Assembly (NCBI GenBank): GCA_963765675.1
Contig: CAVXXK010000001.1
Location: 128,001 to 192,000, forward strand
Direction of reading: 5' to 3'
DNA length: 64,000 nt
Source: an uncultured delta proteobacterium
GTDB taxonomy: Bacteria; Desulfobacterota; Binatia; Binatales; Binataceae
Made by a program: the position numbers and the translations under genes. The notes under the pieces are model-generated. The model was not told the origin of the DNA. It saw only the letters and a program-made list of their open reading frames with translations, and made no database searches. Of the stretch, positions 10,573-21,166 are shown in pieces (within the stretch, counting starts at the first letter, position 1; every line of letters starts with the position of its first letter).

Positions 10573-11949
10573 TCATCCGGCCCGAGCTTTTAGAATCACC
10601 GGCATCCCGTCCGACGGCCCGATCGCTATGCTGACCCGCACCGGCCGCGCAGTGTGACTGCGCACTGGCGCAATATCGAAACGCCGGATCACTTCGGCCA
10701 GCACGATCTTCATCTGGTAGGTCGCGAATGCCGCGCCCAGGCATCTGCGCGTGCCGCCGCCGAACGGAAAGAAATGGTAGGGACTCGGACGCGAATCGAT
10801 GAAGCGGGAGGGATCGAATTTTTCCGGATCGGACCAAAGGTCCGGACGCCGTTGCACGAGGTATATACAAAGCGCCACCACGACGCCCTTCGGCAACGCG
10901 CACCCCGCTATTTCCATCGGAGCCTGCAGCTCGCGTCCGATGTTGGGAACCACCGGACAGAGCCGCATCGTCTCGTTAACCACGGCATCGAGGTAATGCA
11001 TCGACGCCGGGTCGGCGTCTTCGGGCATCCGCGCCAACTCCTCGCGCGCGGCGCGTGTGACGTCAGGATGCAGCGCCAACTGATGCATCGCCCATGCGAG
11101 CGACGCGGCCGTGGTTTCATGGCCGGCGAGCAGGAGCGTCATCATCTCGTCCCGCAGGACCATGTCGCTTATCGGACGACCGTTTTCGTCGTGTGCGGCG
11201 AGCAGAATCGAAAGGATATCTTCGCGGTTACGATCGGGTGACGCCCGTCGCTTCGCAAATTCGGCGAACAGCGCACTTTCCATCTCGCGGTTCAGCCGAA
11301 CCACACGCCCCCATGGACTCCATGGACCAAGGTCGAGGCGGAATGCGGATACCGGGAACAGGCTCGCGAAGCGGCCCGAATAGAGCGCGAACAACCGCGC
11401 GATGAGGTCCTTCAGGTGTGCCGATTCCGCGGATTCGTCCAGGCCGAAAGCCGCGCGCATGATGACGTCGAACGTAATCGATCGCATCGACGGATAAACC
11501 GCGAAGGCCTCGCCAACCGGCCACTTCGCTATAGCGGCGCGCGCGATCGATCGCATCACCGGCCCATACGCGCGCATCCTCTCGCCCCCAAACGCCGGCA
11601 GAATGAGCCGGCGGTCGTGCAGATGCGCCTCGCCATCGAGGAACAGCACGGAACGCTCGCCCATGAAGACGCCTAGCGGACGATTTGCTTTGCCTGCGTG
11701 AAGCAGCTCGGGATTGCCGAGAAAGATTTCGCGGATCGCGGCCGGTTCGCTGGTGAAGACGAACGGGCTGACGCCGGGAACGCGAATCGTGAACCAGTCG
11801 CCGTAGCGGCGCGCGCACTGGTCGAGAAAACGATACGGGTTGCGCACGAAACCGAACGTCGCGACGGGCCCGGGCCCGGATGGAAGCGTCGCCGATTTGC
11901 CGCCACCCCAATGCACGAGTGCCGAGTACCACGGCACCGGTATCGTCAC
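10573..11949 (-). CDS. Cytochrome P450
   Basis: AGHETT, ETMR (ExxR) and FGGGTRRCLG heme-thiolate motif. Confidence 0.93.
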   Translation of the reverse strand: MTIPVPWYSALVHWGGGKSATLPSGPGPVATFGFVRNPYRFLDQCARRYGDWFTIRVPGVSPFVFTSEPAAIREIFLGNPELLHAGKANRPLGVFMGERSVLFLDGEAHLHDRRLILPAFGGERMRAYGPVMRSIARAAIAKWPVGEAFAVYPSMRSITFDVIMRAAFGLDESAESAHLKDLIARLFALYSGRFASLFPVSAFRLDLGPWSPWGRVVRLNREMESALFAEFAKRRASPDRNREDILSILLAAHDENGRPISDMVLRDEMMTLLLAGHETTAASLAWAMHQLALHPDVTRAAREELARMPEDADPASMHYLDAVVNETMRLCPVVPNIGRELQAPMEIAGCALPKGVVVALCIYLVQRRPDLWSDPEKFDPSRFIDSRPSPYHFFPFGGGTRRCLGAAFATYQMKIVLAEVIRRFDIAPVRSHTARPVRVSIAIGPSDGMPVILKARAG

Positions 11950-12276
11950 AATCTGGCGAAGCGAACGACTCTAATTCGTGGCGATCCGGCGATGGAGCTC
12001 TGCAAACAGGCCTCGAACTCGCGATTTATCGACGCGTCCATTTTGGAGGGGGCGGGCGGTCAAGTCGATCTTCAGAAGTAACAAAACCCTTGGCGCACAG
12101 GCTTTTCATGCCATTTTGACGCCTCGCCGTTTCCCTAACGATCGTTCGGGTTTTTGCCAGATTTGTTCATGGCTGAACTGTTCAGCCTTATGCCCAATTC
12201 CACTTCGTGCAAAAGTGATCGCGTGGAAGCATCCGGCACACAGTACCGCTTCGCTCTGGGCCGCGTTCCTTCGCAA

Positions 12277-12427
12277 GCAGAGCAGCACCCTCATCCGGCG
12301 CTGCGCGCCACCCTTCGACAGGCTCAGGGCAGGCTCTTCTCACGGAGGGAGAAGGATCAGAACATGCCCGAATGCCTTCTCTCTCCAGGAGAAGGTGCCC
12401 GAACGGCGGATGAGGGTGCTGCTCTGC
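12277..12427. repeat. Inverted pair of variant BoxC-like repeats (MITE/REPIN-like) with a nested second repeat
   Basis: Perfect terminal IR GCAGAGCAGCACCCTCATCCG/CGGATGAGGGTGCTGCTCTGC, internal CTTCTC..GAGAAG hairpins, insert CCTTCGACAGGCTCAGGGCAGG at ~12312-12333. Confidence 0.75.
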
Positions 12428-12763
12428 CAGCGGCGACTCAGCTTCAAGAGTTGGAACTATAAGAATGGATCGCCGCGCCCGAGCGTCCAAAAATCGATGA
12501 CCAAAAAAGCTGCTAAAACGAACCCAATGCCCCGAATTCCGCAGCATCTACAAGTAGTTTATTTTTTGAGCCAATAAAAAAGATACCAAACGAACCCACC
12601 GAATTTGCCCGAGATCAAAAAATCCGAGGCACTACCTTGCCCAGAATCAATCATGTTTCTATTTAGGGGAGGGCCCCGGACCCGAGCGTTTCCGCATCGG
12701 GTCCGAGGCGCCTGGGAGAGGACTTGTTCAGCTCTGCCCCGCGAACGCCGTGGTGACGGCCTA

Positions 12764-13702
12764 TCAGACGCCGCCGATCGTCCGGATGACCTGGATCATC
12801 GCCGGTCCAACGATCACCGCGATCATCGCGGGCAGGATGAAGAGCACCAATGGAAACAGAATCTTGATCGAGGCCTTCTGCGCCTGCTCCTCGGCGTGCA
12901 GACGGCGGCGAGTGCGCAACGCGTCGGAACTGGCATGAAGCGCAGGTCCGATCTGTGCGCCCAATTGCTCACTCTGGATAAGGGTCGCGGCCAGCGGCTT
13001 GATATCGTCGACCGCGGTCCGCTCGGCAAGGCTGCGCAGCGCTCCGCCCAGCGATGCGCCGGCGGAAATGTCGCTCGCGACCAGGCTGAGCTCGGTGCCG
13101 ATCTCCTGGCCCTGCCGCTCGCATTCGGTGCCGACGATCCGGATTGCCTCATACAGCCCGAGTCCTGCCTCCACGCAGACCACCAGCAAATCGAGCACGT
13201 CGGAGAGCTGGCGCGCGATATTGCCTTGGCGGATACGGGCGCGGCGGCCGATGTAGTAGCTCGGGACGAAGATTCCGACTGCGGCGCCGCCCAACCCGAA
13301 CAGGAACGGCTGCGCCACCGAATCATGCAGCACCACCCCGATCAACAATCCGAGCGCGCCGCATCCTACCGCCAGCAGCACGCGCACGACCTGATAGAAG
13401 TGCGGTGCGCCGCCCTTGAGAAAGCCGGCTTGCGCGAGCGTCTGTGCGAGTTTCTCGCCCTGCGGAGTATCAAGGTCGGGAACCGGAACTTTTTTGGACG
13501 CCCATCTGAAGATCATCCGCAGCAGGTTGGGATCATATTCGCCGGCGTTCTCGAGTGCGCCCTGCGTCACCCGCATCTTGACCGCCAGGTCGGCAAAACG
13601 ATCGTCAACCGGGCGATGGCCGGCAAACACTCCGACGTACAGCGCCAGGGCTGCCGCGCCGATCAGGAAGAAGAAAGCGATACTGATGAAAAGTGCGCTC
13701 AT
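12764..13702 (-). CDS. tadC: Tad pilus inner-membrane protein TadC
   Basis: LDLLVVCVEAGLGL...KASIKILFPLVLFILPA T2SSF motifs. Confidence 0.92.
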   Translation of the reverse strand: MSALFISIAFFFLIGAAALALYVGVFAGHRPVDDRFADLAVKMRVTQGALENAGEYDPNLLRMIFRWASKKVPVPDLDTPQGEKLAQTLAQAGFLKGGAPHFYQVVRVLLAVGCGALGLLIGVVLHDSVAQPFLFGLGGAAVGIFVPSYYIGRRARIRQGNIARQLSDVLDLLVVCVEAGLGLYEAIRIVGTECERQGQEIGTELSLVASDISAGASLGGALRSLAERTAVDDIKPLAATLIQSEQLGAQIGPALHASSDALRTRRRLHAEEQAQKASIKILFPLVLFILPAMIAVIVGPAMIQVIRTIGGV

Positions 13703-13703
13703 A

Positions 13704-14651
13704 TCAGTAGCTCACGCGCAGCAATCGCCGGATGGTCAGGATTGCCGCGAGGTCCATCCCCATCGCGAACTTCAGAATCTTCTGTCCGGTGGGATCGTAA
13801 AACAGCTCTTTGGTGTAGCCCGGCTGGATCAGCGTAAACGCGCCCAGCACCAGCACCGGCAGGATGCCGACCACCCATCCGCCCATCCTTGCCTGCGCGG
13901 TCAGCGCGCGGATTTGGAGGCGCAGACGCTGGCGGATGCGGACTATCTCGGACAGCCGTCCGACAATCTGCGCCAGCGACGATCCGACCTCGCTCTGCAC
14001 TTTTACCGCCACCGTCAGGAGCCGCAGATCGTCTTCGGGCACGCGCTTCAACATATCGTCGAGCGCGCGCGGCAACGGCAGACCGATGCGGCTCTGCTCG
14101 AGCACGGTGCGAAACTCGACTCCCAGCGGATCGGAGAATTCGCCGACCACGACCTGCAGCGCGCGCTGGAGCGAGTGCCCCGCTTCGAGCGACGACTTGA
14201 TCAGGTCGAGCGCAAATGGAAGCTGGCTGCTAAAGGCTTTCAGGCGGCGTTTCTTTTTGAACTGGATGTACACCAGCGGCATCGCGGCGAAGATGATCGC
14301 GGAGCCGAGGCCGAACAGCATGTCGCCGAACATCGCGTCACCCAGGAACAGTCCCCCGCCGAACAGCATCACGATGATCAGCAGCACGTCGCCGACTCGG
14401 GTGTACATACCGGCCTGCCACATCATTTCCTCGAGGCGGCGCAGCAGGTTCAACTCGTACACGACGCCGAGCAGCTTGCCTTCGTCGGGCCGGCGTTTGC
14501 GCATGATCCCGAGGTCGATGTCGTCAGCCGGGCGGGTCAGGCGGCGCGAGATTTCGCTCTTCTGTTCGGTCTCGGTCTTGGTCCCGGTGATAAACACCAG
14601 TGCGAAGACAAAGATGATCGCGAAAATTGCGGATGCGATTAAAAAATCCAT
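13704..14651 (-). CDS. tadB: Tad pilus inner-membrane protein TadB
   Basis: QLPFALDLIKSSLEAGHS...IRALTAQARM. Confidence 0.92.
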   Translation of the reverse strand: MDFLIASAIFAIIFVFALVFITGTKTETEQKSEISRRLTRPADDIDLGIMRKRRPDEGKLLGVVYELNLLRRLEEMMWQAGMYTRVGDVLLIIVMLFGGGLFLGDAMFGDMLFGLGSAIIFAAMPLVYIQFKKKRRLKAFSSQLPFALDLIKSSLEAGHSLQRALQVVVGEFSDPLGVEFRTVLEQSRIGLPLPRALDDMLKRVPEDDLRLLTVAVKVQSEVGSSLAQIVGRLSEIVRIRQRLRLQIRALTAQARMGGWVVGILPVLVLGAFTLIQPGYTKELFYDPTGQKILKFAMGMDLAAILTIRRLLRVSY

Positions 14652-14655
14652 CGTT

Positions 14656-16032
14656 TCATCCCACCACTGCGTTGGCCCGGAACAGCCGCGCGTCGAGCTT
14701 CATGCCCGCCGCTTCCAGACGCTGCGAATAAGTCGAGCGGATGCCGGTCGAGACGAAATTTCCTTTTACCTCGCCGTCGGACCCCACTCCGGTGCGTTTG
14801 AACTCGAACAGATCCTGCATCATCACCATCTCCCCCTCCATTCCGCTGATCTCGGAAATCTTCATTACTTTGCGGGTACCGTCAGACAGGCGCGAGACGT
14901 GGACGATCATGTTGAGCGCCGACGCGATCTGCTGGCGCATCGCGCGCTGCGGGATGCTGATCCCCGACAGGAGCATCATCATCTCGAGCCGGCCCATCGC
15001 GTCGCGCGGTGTGTTGGCGTGGATCGTTCCGAGCGAGCCGTCATGGCCGGTCGACATCGCCTGGAGCATGTCGAACACTTCGGCGCCGCGGACTTCGCCG
15101 ACGATTATCCGGTCCGGCCGCATACGCAGGGTGTTCTTCACCAGGTCGCGCTGGCTGACTTCGCCCTTGCCCTCGACGTTGGCGGGCCGGGTTTCCAGGC
15201 GGACAACGTGCGGCTGCTGCAGCGAAAGTTCGGCCGAGTCTTCGATCGTCACGATCCGCTCGTCGGCCGGCACGAACGCCGACAGGCAATTGAGCATCGT
15301 GGTTTTCCCCGAGCCGGTGCCGCCGCAGATGATGATGTTCAGACGCGCCTTGACGATAGTTTCGAGAAACTCGACGATCTCGGGCACCACCGATCCCTTG
15401 TCGACCAGGTCCTGCACCGCGTAGCGGCGCTTTCCGAAACGCCGGATCGAGAGCGACGGCCCGTCGAGCGCAAGCGGCGGAATGATCGCGTTGATACGCG
15501 AGCCGTCGGGCAGGCGCGCATCGACCATCGGCGACGATTCGTCGACCCGGCGTCCGACCTGCGAGACGATCCGGTCGATGATCAGCATCAGATGCGCGTC
15601 GTCCTGGAACTTGACCTCGGTCGGATGCAGGCGGCCGTGTTTTTCCACGTAAACCTGGCCATGTCCATTGACCAGGATATCGGTGATGTCGTCGTCCCAG
15701 AGCAGCGGCTCGAGCGGTCCCAGGCCCAGGAGCTCGTTCTTGATCTCCTCGACCAGCCGGGTCTTGTCGGTGTCGGTTAAAAGGCGGCCGTCCTCGTTCA
15801 GGATGTCCGTGATCGCGCTGGTGACTTTGGCCGAGGCCAGAGTGGGCTCCAGGCTCTCAAGGCGCGAGACGTCAAGCGTCTCGAACAGGCGGTTGTGAAC
15901 CGCGAGCTTGAGTTGCGAAAACCCCTCGGACTGCGGGTCCTTGGCCTTCTTGGGGCCGGCGCCAATCAGCGAGCGCTGGAACTGCGCGGGAGCCTGGCTG
16001 TTTTGCTGCGAGATTCTATCGACCAGCTTCAT
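14656..16032 (-). CDS. cpaF: Tad pilus assembly ATPase CpaF/TadA
   Basis: GGTGSGKTT Walker [29 protein letters not shown]. Confidence 0.95.
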   Translation of the reverse strand: MKLVDRISQQNSQAPAQFQRSLIGAGPKKAKDPQSEGFSQLKLAVHNRLFETLDVSRLESLEPTLASAKVTSAITDILNEDGRLLTDTDKTRLVEEIKNELLGLGPLEPLLWDDDITDILVNGHGQVYVEKHGRLHPTEVKFQDDAHLMLIIDRIVSQVGRRVDESSPMVDARLPDGSRINAIIPPLALDGPSLSIRRFGKRRYAVQDLVDKGSVVPEIVEFLETIVKARLNIIICGGTGSGKTTMLNCLSAFVPADERIVTIEDSAELSLQQPHVVRLETRPANVEGKGEVSQRDLVKNTLRMRPDRIIVGEVRGAEVFDMLQAMSTGHDGSLGTIHANTPRDAMGRLEMMMLLSGISIPQRAMRQQIASALNMIVHVSRLSDGTRKVMKISEISGMEGEMVMMQDLFEFKRTGVGSDGEVKGNFVSTGIRSTYSQRLEAAGMKLDARLFRANAVVG

Positions 16033-16039
16033 GGCGACC

Positions 16040-17269
16040 TCAGGTGCGCGCACCGATCACGTTGAGCAGTTTCGAAACGAATTTTGATCCGTCTGGGGCG
16101 CCGTCGCTGGCGAAGCTGGTGTTGCTGCTGGTGATACGGCGCGCGATTTCCTCGACGCTTTTTGCCAGCGGAGAGTTCGGCGCCACCTGCCACAAATCCT
16201 GCGCGCTTAACTGAATCCGCTCGAGAATCTTTTCGTCGCGCGGCACCTTGGCGAAGATTGGCTGCGCCAGAGTATGGCTTAGCTGATCCTCGCCGATTGG
16301 ATGATTCATCACATGACGGCTCAGCACGAAGGTCGGCTCGACATTGCGCAGACCCAGGCGCTGCACCAGATCGACGAATCGCCACGCGCAGCGCGCGGCG
16401 CCGATTGACTGATCGAGCACATAGAAGAGATGCTTGGAGCGCTCCCATGCGGCGACCGAATTCGCGTCGATATGGGTTCCGCAATCGACGATCACGTAGT
16501 CGAATAGCTGGCGCATCAGGTCCAGCACGCCGCCGACCGCGGCGTCGGTCACCATCTCGCTATCCTCGATCCGCTTGGGCGCGGCCATCAGGTACACGCC
16601 CGAGGCGTGCTTGGAAAGCGCGCCTTCGAGCTGAATCGAATCGAGTTTCTTTCCGCCTTCGGTAAGCGCCATGATCGTGCGTTCGGGTTCGAGATTCAAA
16701 AAGACCGAGAGCCCGCTGGTCTGCAGATCGAGATCGACCACCCCGACCCTCTTGTCCATCACGTAGCGCAGTGCGAGCGCCAAGTTACCCGACAGGCTGG
16801 TCACACCGGTGCCGCCGACCAGGCTCACGATCGAAACGATCTGTCCGCCCTCGTGATGCTCTTCGCGGCGGCGCGCCTCGCTGATCTTGAGCAATGCCCG
16901 GGTCACGTCGCCGGGATCGAGCGGCAGAAACAACAGTTCGTCGGCGCCGGCCCGCAGCACCCGTTTCATCAACTCCGGCGAGCGCTCCTCGAGCAGCGCG
17001 AACACCAGCGGCGCCGGACTGAGCTGGGTTTCGCGCTGCAGGCAACCCAGCGCCGTATCTTCATCTCCGTTAAACACCACCATGGTTACGTCGGCCGGCA
17101 CCAGATCGGTGGTATCGGTGTCGGGTTCGAATTCCGCGATATCGAGCGGCGGATCGCCGAGCGCGGCGAGCTCGGTTCGCACCTCGGTGCGCTGCTGCTG
17201 CGCAGCGCACACGAGGTGGACCTTTAGAGCTCCTCGCCGGCTCCCGTTGTTTTGCTTCAGTACTGACAC
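16040..17269 (-). CDS. cpaE: Pilus assembly protein CpaE/TadZ (REC-like + MinD/ParA-like)
   Basis: RAGADELL receiver-like part, GGTGVT deviant P-loop, VDLDLQ and YVIVDCG; position between cpaC and cpaF. Confidence 0.88.
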   Translation of the reverse strand: MSVLKQNNGSRRGALKVHLVCAAQQQRTEVRTELAALGDPPLDIAEFEPDTDTTDLVPADVTMVVFNGDEDTALGCLQRETQLSPAPLVFALLEERSPELMKRVLRAGADELLFLPLDPGDVTRALLKISEARRREEHHEGGQIVSIVSLVGGTGVTSLSGNLALALRYVMDKRVGVVDLDLQTSGLSVFLNLEPERTIMALTEGGKKLDSIQLEGALSKHASGVYLMAAPKRIEDSEMVTDAAVGGVLDLMRQLFDYVIVDCGTHIDANSVAAWERSKHLFYVLDQSIGAARCAWRFVDLVQRLGLRNVEPTFVLSRHVMNHPIGEDQLSHTLAQPIFAKVPRDEKILERIQLSAQDLWQVAPNSPLAKSVEEIARRITSSNTSFASDGAPDGSKFVSKLLNVIGART

Positions 17270-17312
17270 TGCTTCCTCTCCCTGTTGGCAGTTTCAGTGC
17301 CTGACGGACCGG

Positions 17313-19466
17313 TTAGAACCGGGGACGCGAAGCGTCATACGTCGGCAGCTGCTGAGTCTTGATCGACTCCGGAGTTAGCGGACCCACGTCCGTCGGATTG
17401 TAAGTCTGCGCTCCTTCGGGCAGCGGATGTACGATTTGCGGCGTCACGCTCATCACCAGATCGGTTTCCTGCATCGAGTGCGAGGTCGTGCGGAACAGTC
17501 CGCCGAGATACGGCACATCGCCAAGGTACGGAACCTTGTTCACCACCGAAATCGGATTGTGCAGAATCAGGCCCGCGATGATCAGCGTCTGATTGTCCTT
17601 GAGCCGGACCATGGTTTCCGCGCGCCGGGTCACGAACGCCGGGATGGTGAAACCGAACATGCTCACGCCGTGAGCATAGTCGGGCTGCGAGACTTCGGGT
17701 TTGACCAGCAGCTCGATATTGTTGCGTCCGACCACGGTCGGCACGAACTGCACCGAGGTTCCGAACTGCTTGAACACGATCGAGGTGTTGAGCGCCTGCG
17801 CGATGACGATCGGAATCTCGCCGCCGGACAGGAACTTGGCTTCCTCGCCCGAATTGGCCAGCAGATGCGGCTGGGCGAGGATCTTGGCCAGGTTGTGGGT
17901 CTCGAGGAACTGGAAAAAGCTCTGGGTCTGCACGTTCGAGTTTCCAGCCGCAAGTCCGTAGGTCATGTTCTGCGACAGCAGGAGCGGAATCAGCGAGCCG
18001 CCAGGAGGCAAGGTAGCGGAGCCGCCCGAAACCGTCGTTCCATTGGGCAGCACCTCAGTCAGCGAGCTCTGCGGGCTGAACGGCGTCGCCACCGCACCCG
18101 GCATCCCGAACATCGACACGCCATAGTTCGAGAGCGCGAGCGAAAGGTTCACGCCCTGATTTTCGATATTGCTGCGATCCAGCTCGGCGACCACGCAATT
18201 GAGCAACACCTGCTCTTTTCCGCTCGCGTCGATCCGGACCTGGCGCTCGTCATAGCGCCCCTGGTTGTTCCAGACCGCCAGCGTGGTGAATCCGGGCTTG
18301 TGTCCGATCAGATTGATCTGGAACGGATTGATCACCTGGATATCCGCGATATTGGTATCGGCGATCGAGACGCGCCGAATCCGCGCGGGAAAGTCGATGA
18401 TCTGCGAGGTGCCGGTCATCATGTCGATCGTGTCTTCGGGCAGCGGATGAGTTCCGCCCGAAACCGCGGTGGTCGGATAATCGCCGCCGGACATCGCGAT
18501 CGACGGATCGGTGCGAAACTTCTCCGTCGAATTCTCCGCCGCCGCCTGGCTCGGAATTACCGGGTTGATCGGCTGCGCGCCCGCACCCAGTGCGGGAGGC
18601 AGCGTGGCCGCCGCAGCCATAGGAGCGGAGACAGAAGGAGCCGATATCGGAGCTGCCGCCGCAATCGGCGCTGAGGGGCTTGCGGCAGCAGCGGCCGACA
18701 CGTCAGCCGTCGCACTTGCCGCAGGCGCGCTCGGCGCCGGAGCGATGTCGGTGATCGGTTCGATAGTCGACGAGCTGGACGGAGCCGCCGTCGGAGCCGA
18801 CGCCGCAATCGCCGCCGGCGAGGTCTCGGCTGCTGGTGCTGACGCGCTCGTATCAGAGCTGGCCGACGGTGAAGCCACCGCCGCAGCCGCGCTCGCGGAA
18901 GCAGCAGCGGAAGCCGCCGCCGACGCCGCGGTATCAGAAGGAGCGCTCACCGCCGGAGCAGACGCACCCGGAACATCGGCCGCCGTTACCGGCGGACTGT
19001 CGCTGGTGCTGGTGACCGGACCGGTGCCCGGATCCGCCCTTGCGATCACTGGAGCCGCGGAGCCGGATTTAAGTCCGGTGCCCGCGATCGCCGGCGGCGC
19101 GTCGCCGGGCTTGTTGATATCGCCGCTGTTGGCGACTGCATTGACGGTTACGTCGTACACGGTATCGCCGCTCGCGGTCTTGAGCGTCACCGCCCATTCG
19201 CCCGACTCGGCGCCGAGCAGCACTACTTTGCCCGGGTCTTCGTTGTGCACGACCAGCGCGTGAGGATTATTGATCACACGCACTCCCGGCGTGGCGCCTG
19301 GAGCGACATTGTCGATTACGTAGGTTTCGCCCGCATTGAGCGACACCGAGATCTGCGAGCCGCCGTCGGCAGCCGCAAAGGACAGGCCCGGCCGAAACAG
19401 GAGCAGGCTAATGGCGGCCGCCAGCCACGGAAGGATTCCACATCCTCGTTTTGGTTTCATTGTCAT
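17313..19466 (-). CDS. cpaC: Tad secretin CpaC/RcpA with long Ala/Ser/Pro linker
   Basis: Signal peptide; pil_N domain (RRVSIADTNIADIQ); secretin motifs FLSGGEIPI and KVPYLGDVPYLGGLFR. Confidence 0.9.
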   Translation of the reverse strand: MTMKPKRGCGILPWLAAAISLLLFRPGLSFAAADGGSQISVSLNAGETYVIDNVAPGATPGVRVINNPHALVVHNEDPGKVVLLGAESGEWAVTLKTASGDTVYDVTVNAVANSGDINKPGDAPPAIAGTGLKSGSAAPVIARADPGTGPVTSTSDSPPVTAADVPGASAPAVSAPSDTAASAAASAAASASAAAAVASPSASSDTSASAPAAETSPAAIAASAPTAAPSSSSTIEPITDIAPAPSAPAASATADVSAAAAASPSAPIAAAAPISAPSVSAPMAAAATLPPALGAGAQPINPVIPSQAAAENSTEKFRTDPSIAMSGGDYPTTAVSGGTHPLPEDTIDMMTGTSQIIDFPARIRRVSIADTNIADIQVINPFQINLIGHKPGFTTLAVWNNQGRYDERQVRIDASGKEQVLLNCVVAELDRSNIENQGVNLSLALSNYGVSMFGMPGAVATPFSPQSSLTEVLPNGTTVSGGSATLPPGGSLIPLLLSQNMTYGLAAGNSNVQTQSFFQFLETHNLAKILAQPHLLANSGEEAKFLSGGEIPIVIAQALNTSIVFKQFGTSVQFVPTVVGRNNIELLVKPEVSQPDYAHGVSMFGFTIPAFVTRRAETMVRLKDNQTLIIAGLILHNPISVVNKVPYLGDVPYLGGLFRTTSHSMQETDLVMSVTPQIVHPLPEGAQTYNPTDVGPLTPESIKTQQLPTYDASRPRF

Positions 19467-19490
19467 CTCCTCAACCTTCTTCCACCTGCG

Positions 19491-20630
19491 TCATGGGACA
19501 TCGATAGTTTTTGGCGACGGCGTATATGAGGGCATCGAGCCTGTCATCGAGGCGTCGCCAGCGGTTACCGCGACTCCGTGCGGAGCGGGCAGTGGCGCGG
19601 CGGTGGATACCGCGGCGTCCTTGGCCGGGCTGGAATCGTTCTCGGAGACCTTCTCGGCGCCGCTCGCCTCATCATGATCGTCAGACGCGGCCGATGCGGT
19701 CTTGTCCGGCGCCGCAGCTTCGGTATCGGCGGTGGACGCGGTCTTCCGATGCCGATGCGGCTGTTCGCTGGCGGCCTCGTTGATAAAGGACATGGACTCG
19801 GAGCTCTTGCCGTTGCGATAGATCTCGACCTGGAACGGCTGCCGCCGCGGAGCCGCCGGCGCGTAGGCGCGGCGCGGTGCGGGCTGCGGAGACATCACCG
19901 GAACGTCGGGCTCAAGGCTGTAGGCGCGTAGCATTTGCGCAACGTCAGAGCCGCTGGTGAGCACAATCTTGTTATCGTTGTAATTACGCATCGCCAAACG
20001 CAGCGACCCTTCACGGCTAGCCAGCGCAAGGCGTTCGGCCTCCTGCGGCGATACCAGCAGGGTCACGACCTTAACCACCTCGGGCGCGTCCTTCTTCATC
20101 TCGATTTCCTGCGCAACCGCAAGAACCTCGACATTCTGGAGAACGATCTTCGCCAGCGGCTTGCTGTTCGCGTCCGAACCGGTGAGCGCGACCAGCACGT
20201 CGACACGGGTATGCGGCAGAACGAAACCGGCGATGTCGCTGACTTCGTCAACCGGCACCGATACCGCGCGCATCCCGAACGGGATCAAGAGCGGCATCAC
20301 GCCCGCCGTCTTCTGGCCCAGGAACAGCTTGTTGGCCACGATCGGCTCGTTGGACACGAACTGGCTCTTGACGTAGCTGCCAATTGCCTGATGCATGTCG
20401 GTGTACGCGCCCTCGGGAATCGCGTCGCTGGACCACTTGGCCAGCTTGAGCTCACTCGCTTCGATCTTGGTGCCGAGCGGCAAGTCGTAGGCCGCCACCA
20501 CGATCTCGACATTCTTGGCAAGCGCCTGCTGGACCTCGGCCTCGCGCCGTTTGAGCGCCGAGTAGACCACCACCGCAGCCAGCATCGCCGCCAACCCCGC
20601 GAGCACGACGAATACTATCGGTCGTCTCAT
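19491..20630 (-). CDS. cpaB: Flp pilus assembly protein CpaB/RcpC
   Basis: VVVAAYDLPLG SAF domain, GMRAVSV, AGFVLPHTRVDV, LQNVEVLAV. Confidence 0.92.
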   Translation of the reverse strand: MRRPIVFVVLAGLAAMLAAVVVYSALKRREAEVQQALAKNVEIVVAAYDLPLGTKIEASELKLAKWSSDAIPEGAYTDMHQAIGSYVKSQFVSNEPIVANKLFLGQKTAGVMPLLIPFGMRAVSVPVDEVSDIAGFVLPHTRVDVLVALTGSDANSKPLAKIVLQNVEVLAVAQEIEMKKDAPEVVKVVTLLVSPQEAERLALASREGSLRLAMRNYNDNKIVLTSGSDVAQMLRAYSLEPDVPVMSPQPAPRRAYAPAAPRRQPFQVEIYRNGKSSESMSFINEAASEQPHRHRKTASTADTEAAAPDKTASAASDDHDEASGAEKVSENDSSPAKDAAVSTAAPLPAPHGVAVTAGDASMTGSMPSYTPSPKTIDVP

Positions 20631-20735
20631 TTCACCCCTCCCCGCCGGCGGCGCTAGCGCGCGCCGGTCGCCAGTCTATTCTCCGTCAATTAGTCACTCC
20701 GCCCTCCCGGCGGCCGTGAGCATTGAAGTTAGTAC

Positions 20736-20750
20736 GCAAGTTAAGTGCCA
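20736..20750 (-). promoter_or_regulatory. Sigma54 promoter for the cpaB operon
   Basis: Minus strand TGGCAC-TTAAC-TTGC, a consensus -24/-12 match. Confidence 0.8.
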
Positions 20751-20893
20751 CCACTGTCTATTTTCTGGCTATTTGCATTATACCCAGTTTTAGTTCCACG
20801 GCCGTCCCGAGCACTGGACGGACCAATGCACCCCGAAGCTTAAGCGTCGTGCCCCTCGATCAAACAGGAACTGTCGGGATGAATTGTCGCTGA

Positions 20894-21061
20894 CTAAAGG
20901 AGAGGACCCACCTTGTTGACGAGCGTCGTCAGAACGGTGCCCGCGCTCGTGTACAAGGAGACCAACACGGCCGCGACGGTTGCTAGGATCAGGGCGTACT
21001 CGGTCATGGTCTGGCCACGGCTCGCTCGGCTCATGCTGGATATCGAAGAGTTCTTGCTCAT
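20894..21061 (-). CDS. flp: Flp pilin 3 (divergent; not in ORF track)
   Basis: MSKNSSISSMSRASRG|QTMTEYALILATVAAVLVSLYTSAGTVLTTLVNKVGPLL; GGAGG RBS. Confidence 0.85.
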   Translation of the reverse strand: MSKNSSISSMSRASRGQTMTEYALILATVAAVLVSLYTSAGTVLTTLVNKVGPLL

Positions 21062-21097
21062 CACGTCCCCTCCCAGGGAAATTGGCTATGGGTCGAA

Positions 21098-21136
21098 TTT
21101 ATTGAAGAGGGCCCTAATCGAGCCCTCTTCAATAAA
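21098..21136 (-). terminator. Hairpin/terminator downstream of flp2
   Basis: 15-bp perfect IR TTTATTGAAGAGGGC...GCCCTCTTCAATAAA. Confidence 0.6.
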
Positions 21137-21166
21137 ACCGGCTGAAGCCAGGCGTGCGGCTATCCC

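Noticed and set aside
13864-15780. Long antisense ORFs (also 12605..13837, 29997..32240, 38190..39803, 49055..50182, 56959..58194, 62571..63809)
   Set aside because: They are shadow ORFs opposite well-supported genes, expected in high-GC DNA, with no recognisable motifs.
18500-19100. Tandem DNA repeat or contingency locus in cpaC
   Set aside because: It is low-complexity Ala/Ser/Pro coding sequence without exact repeat units.
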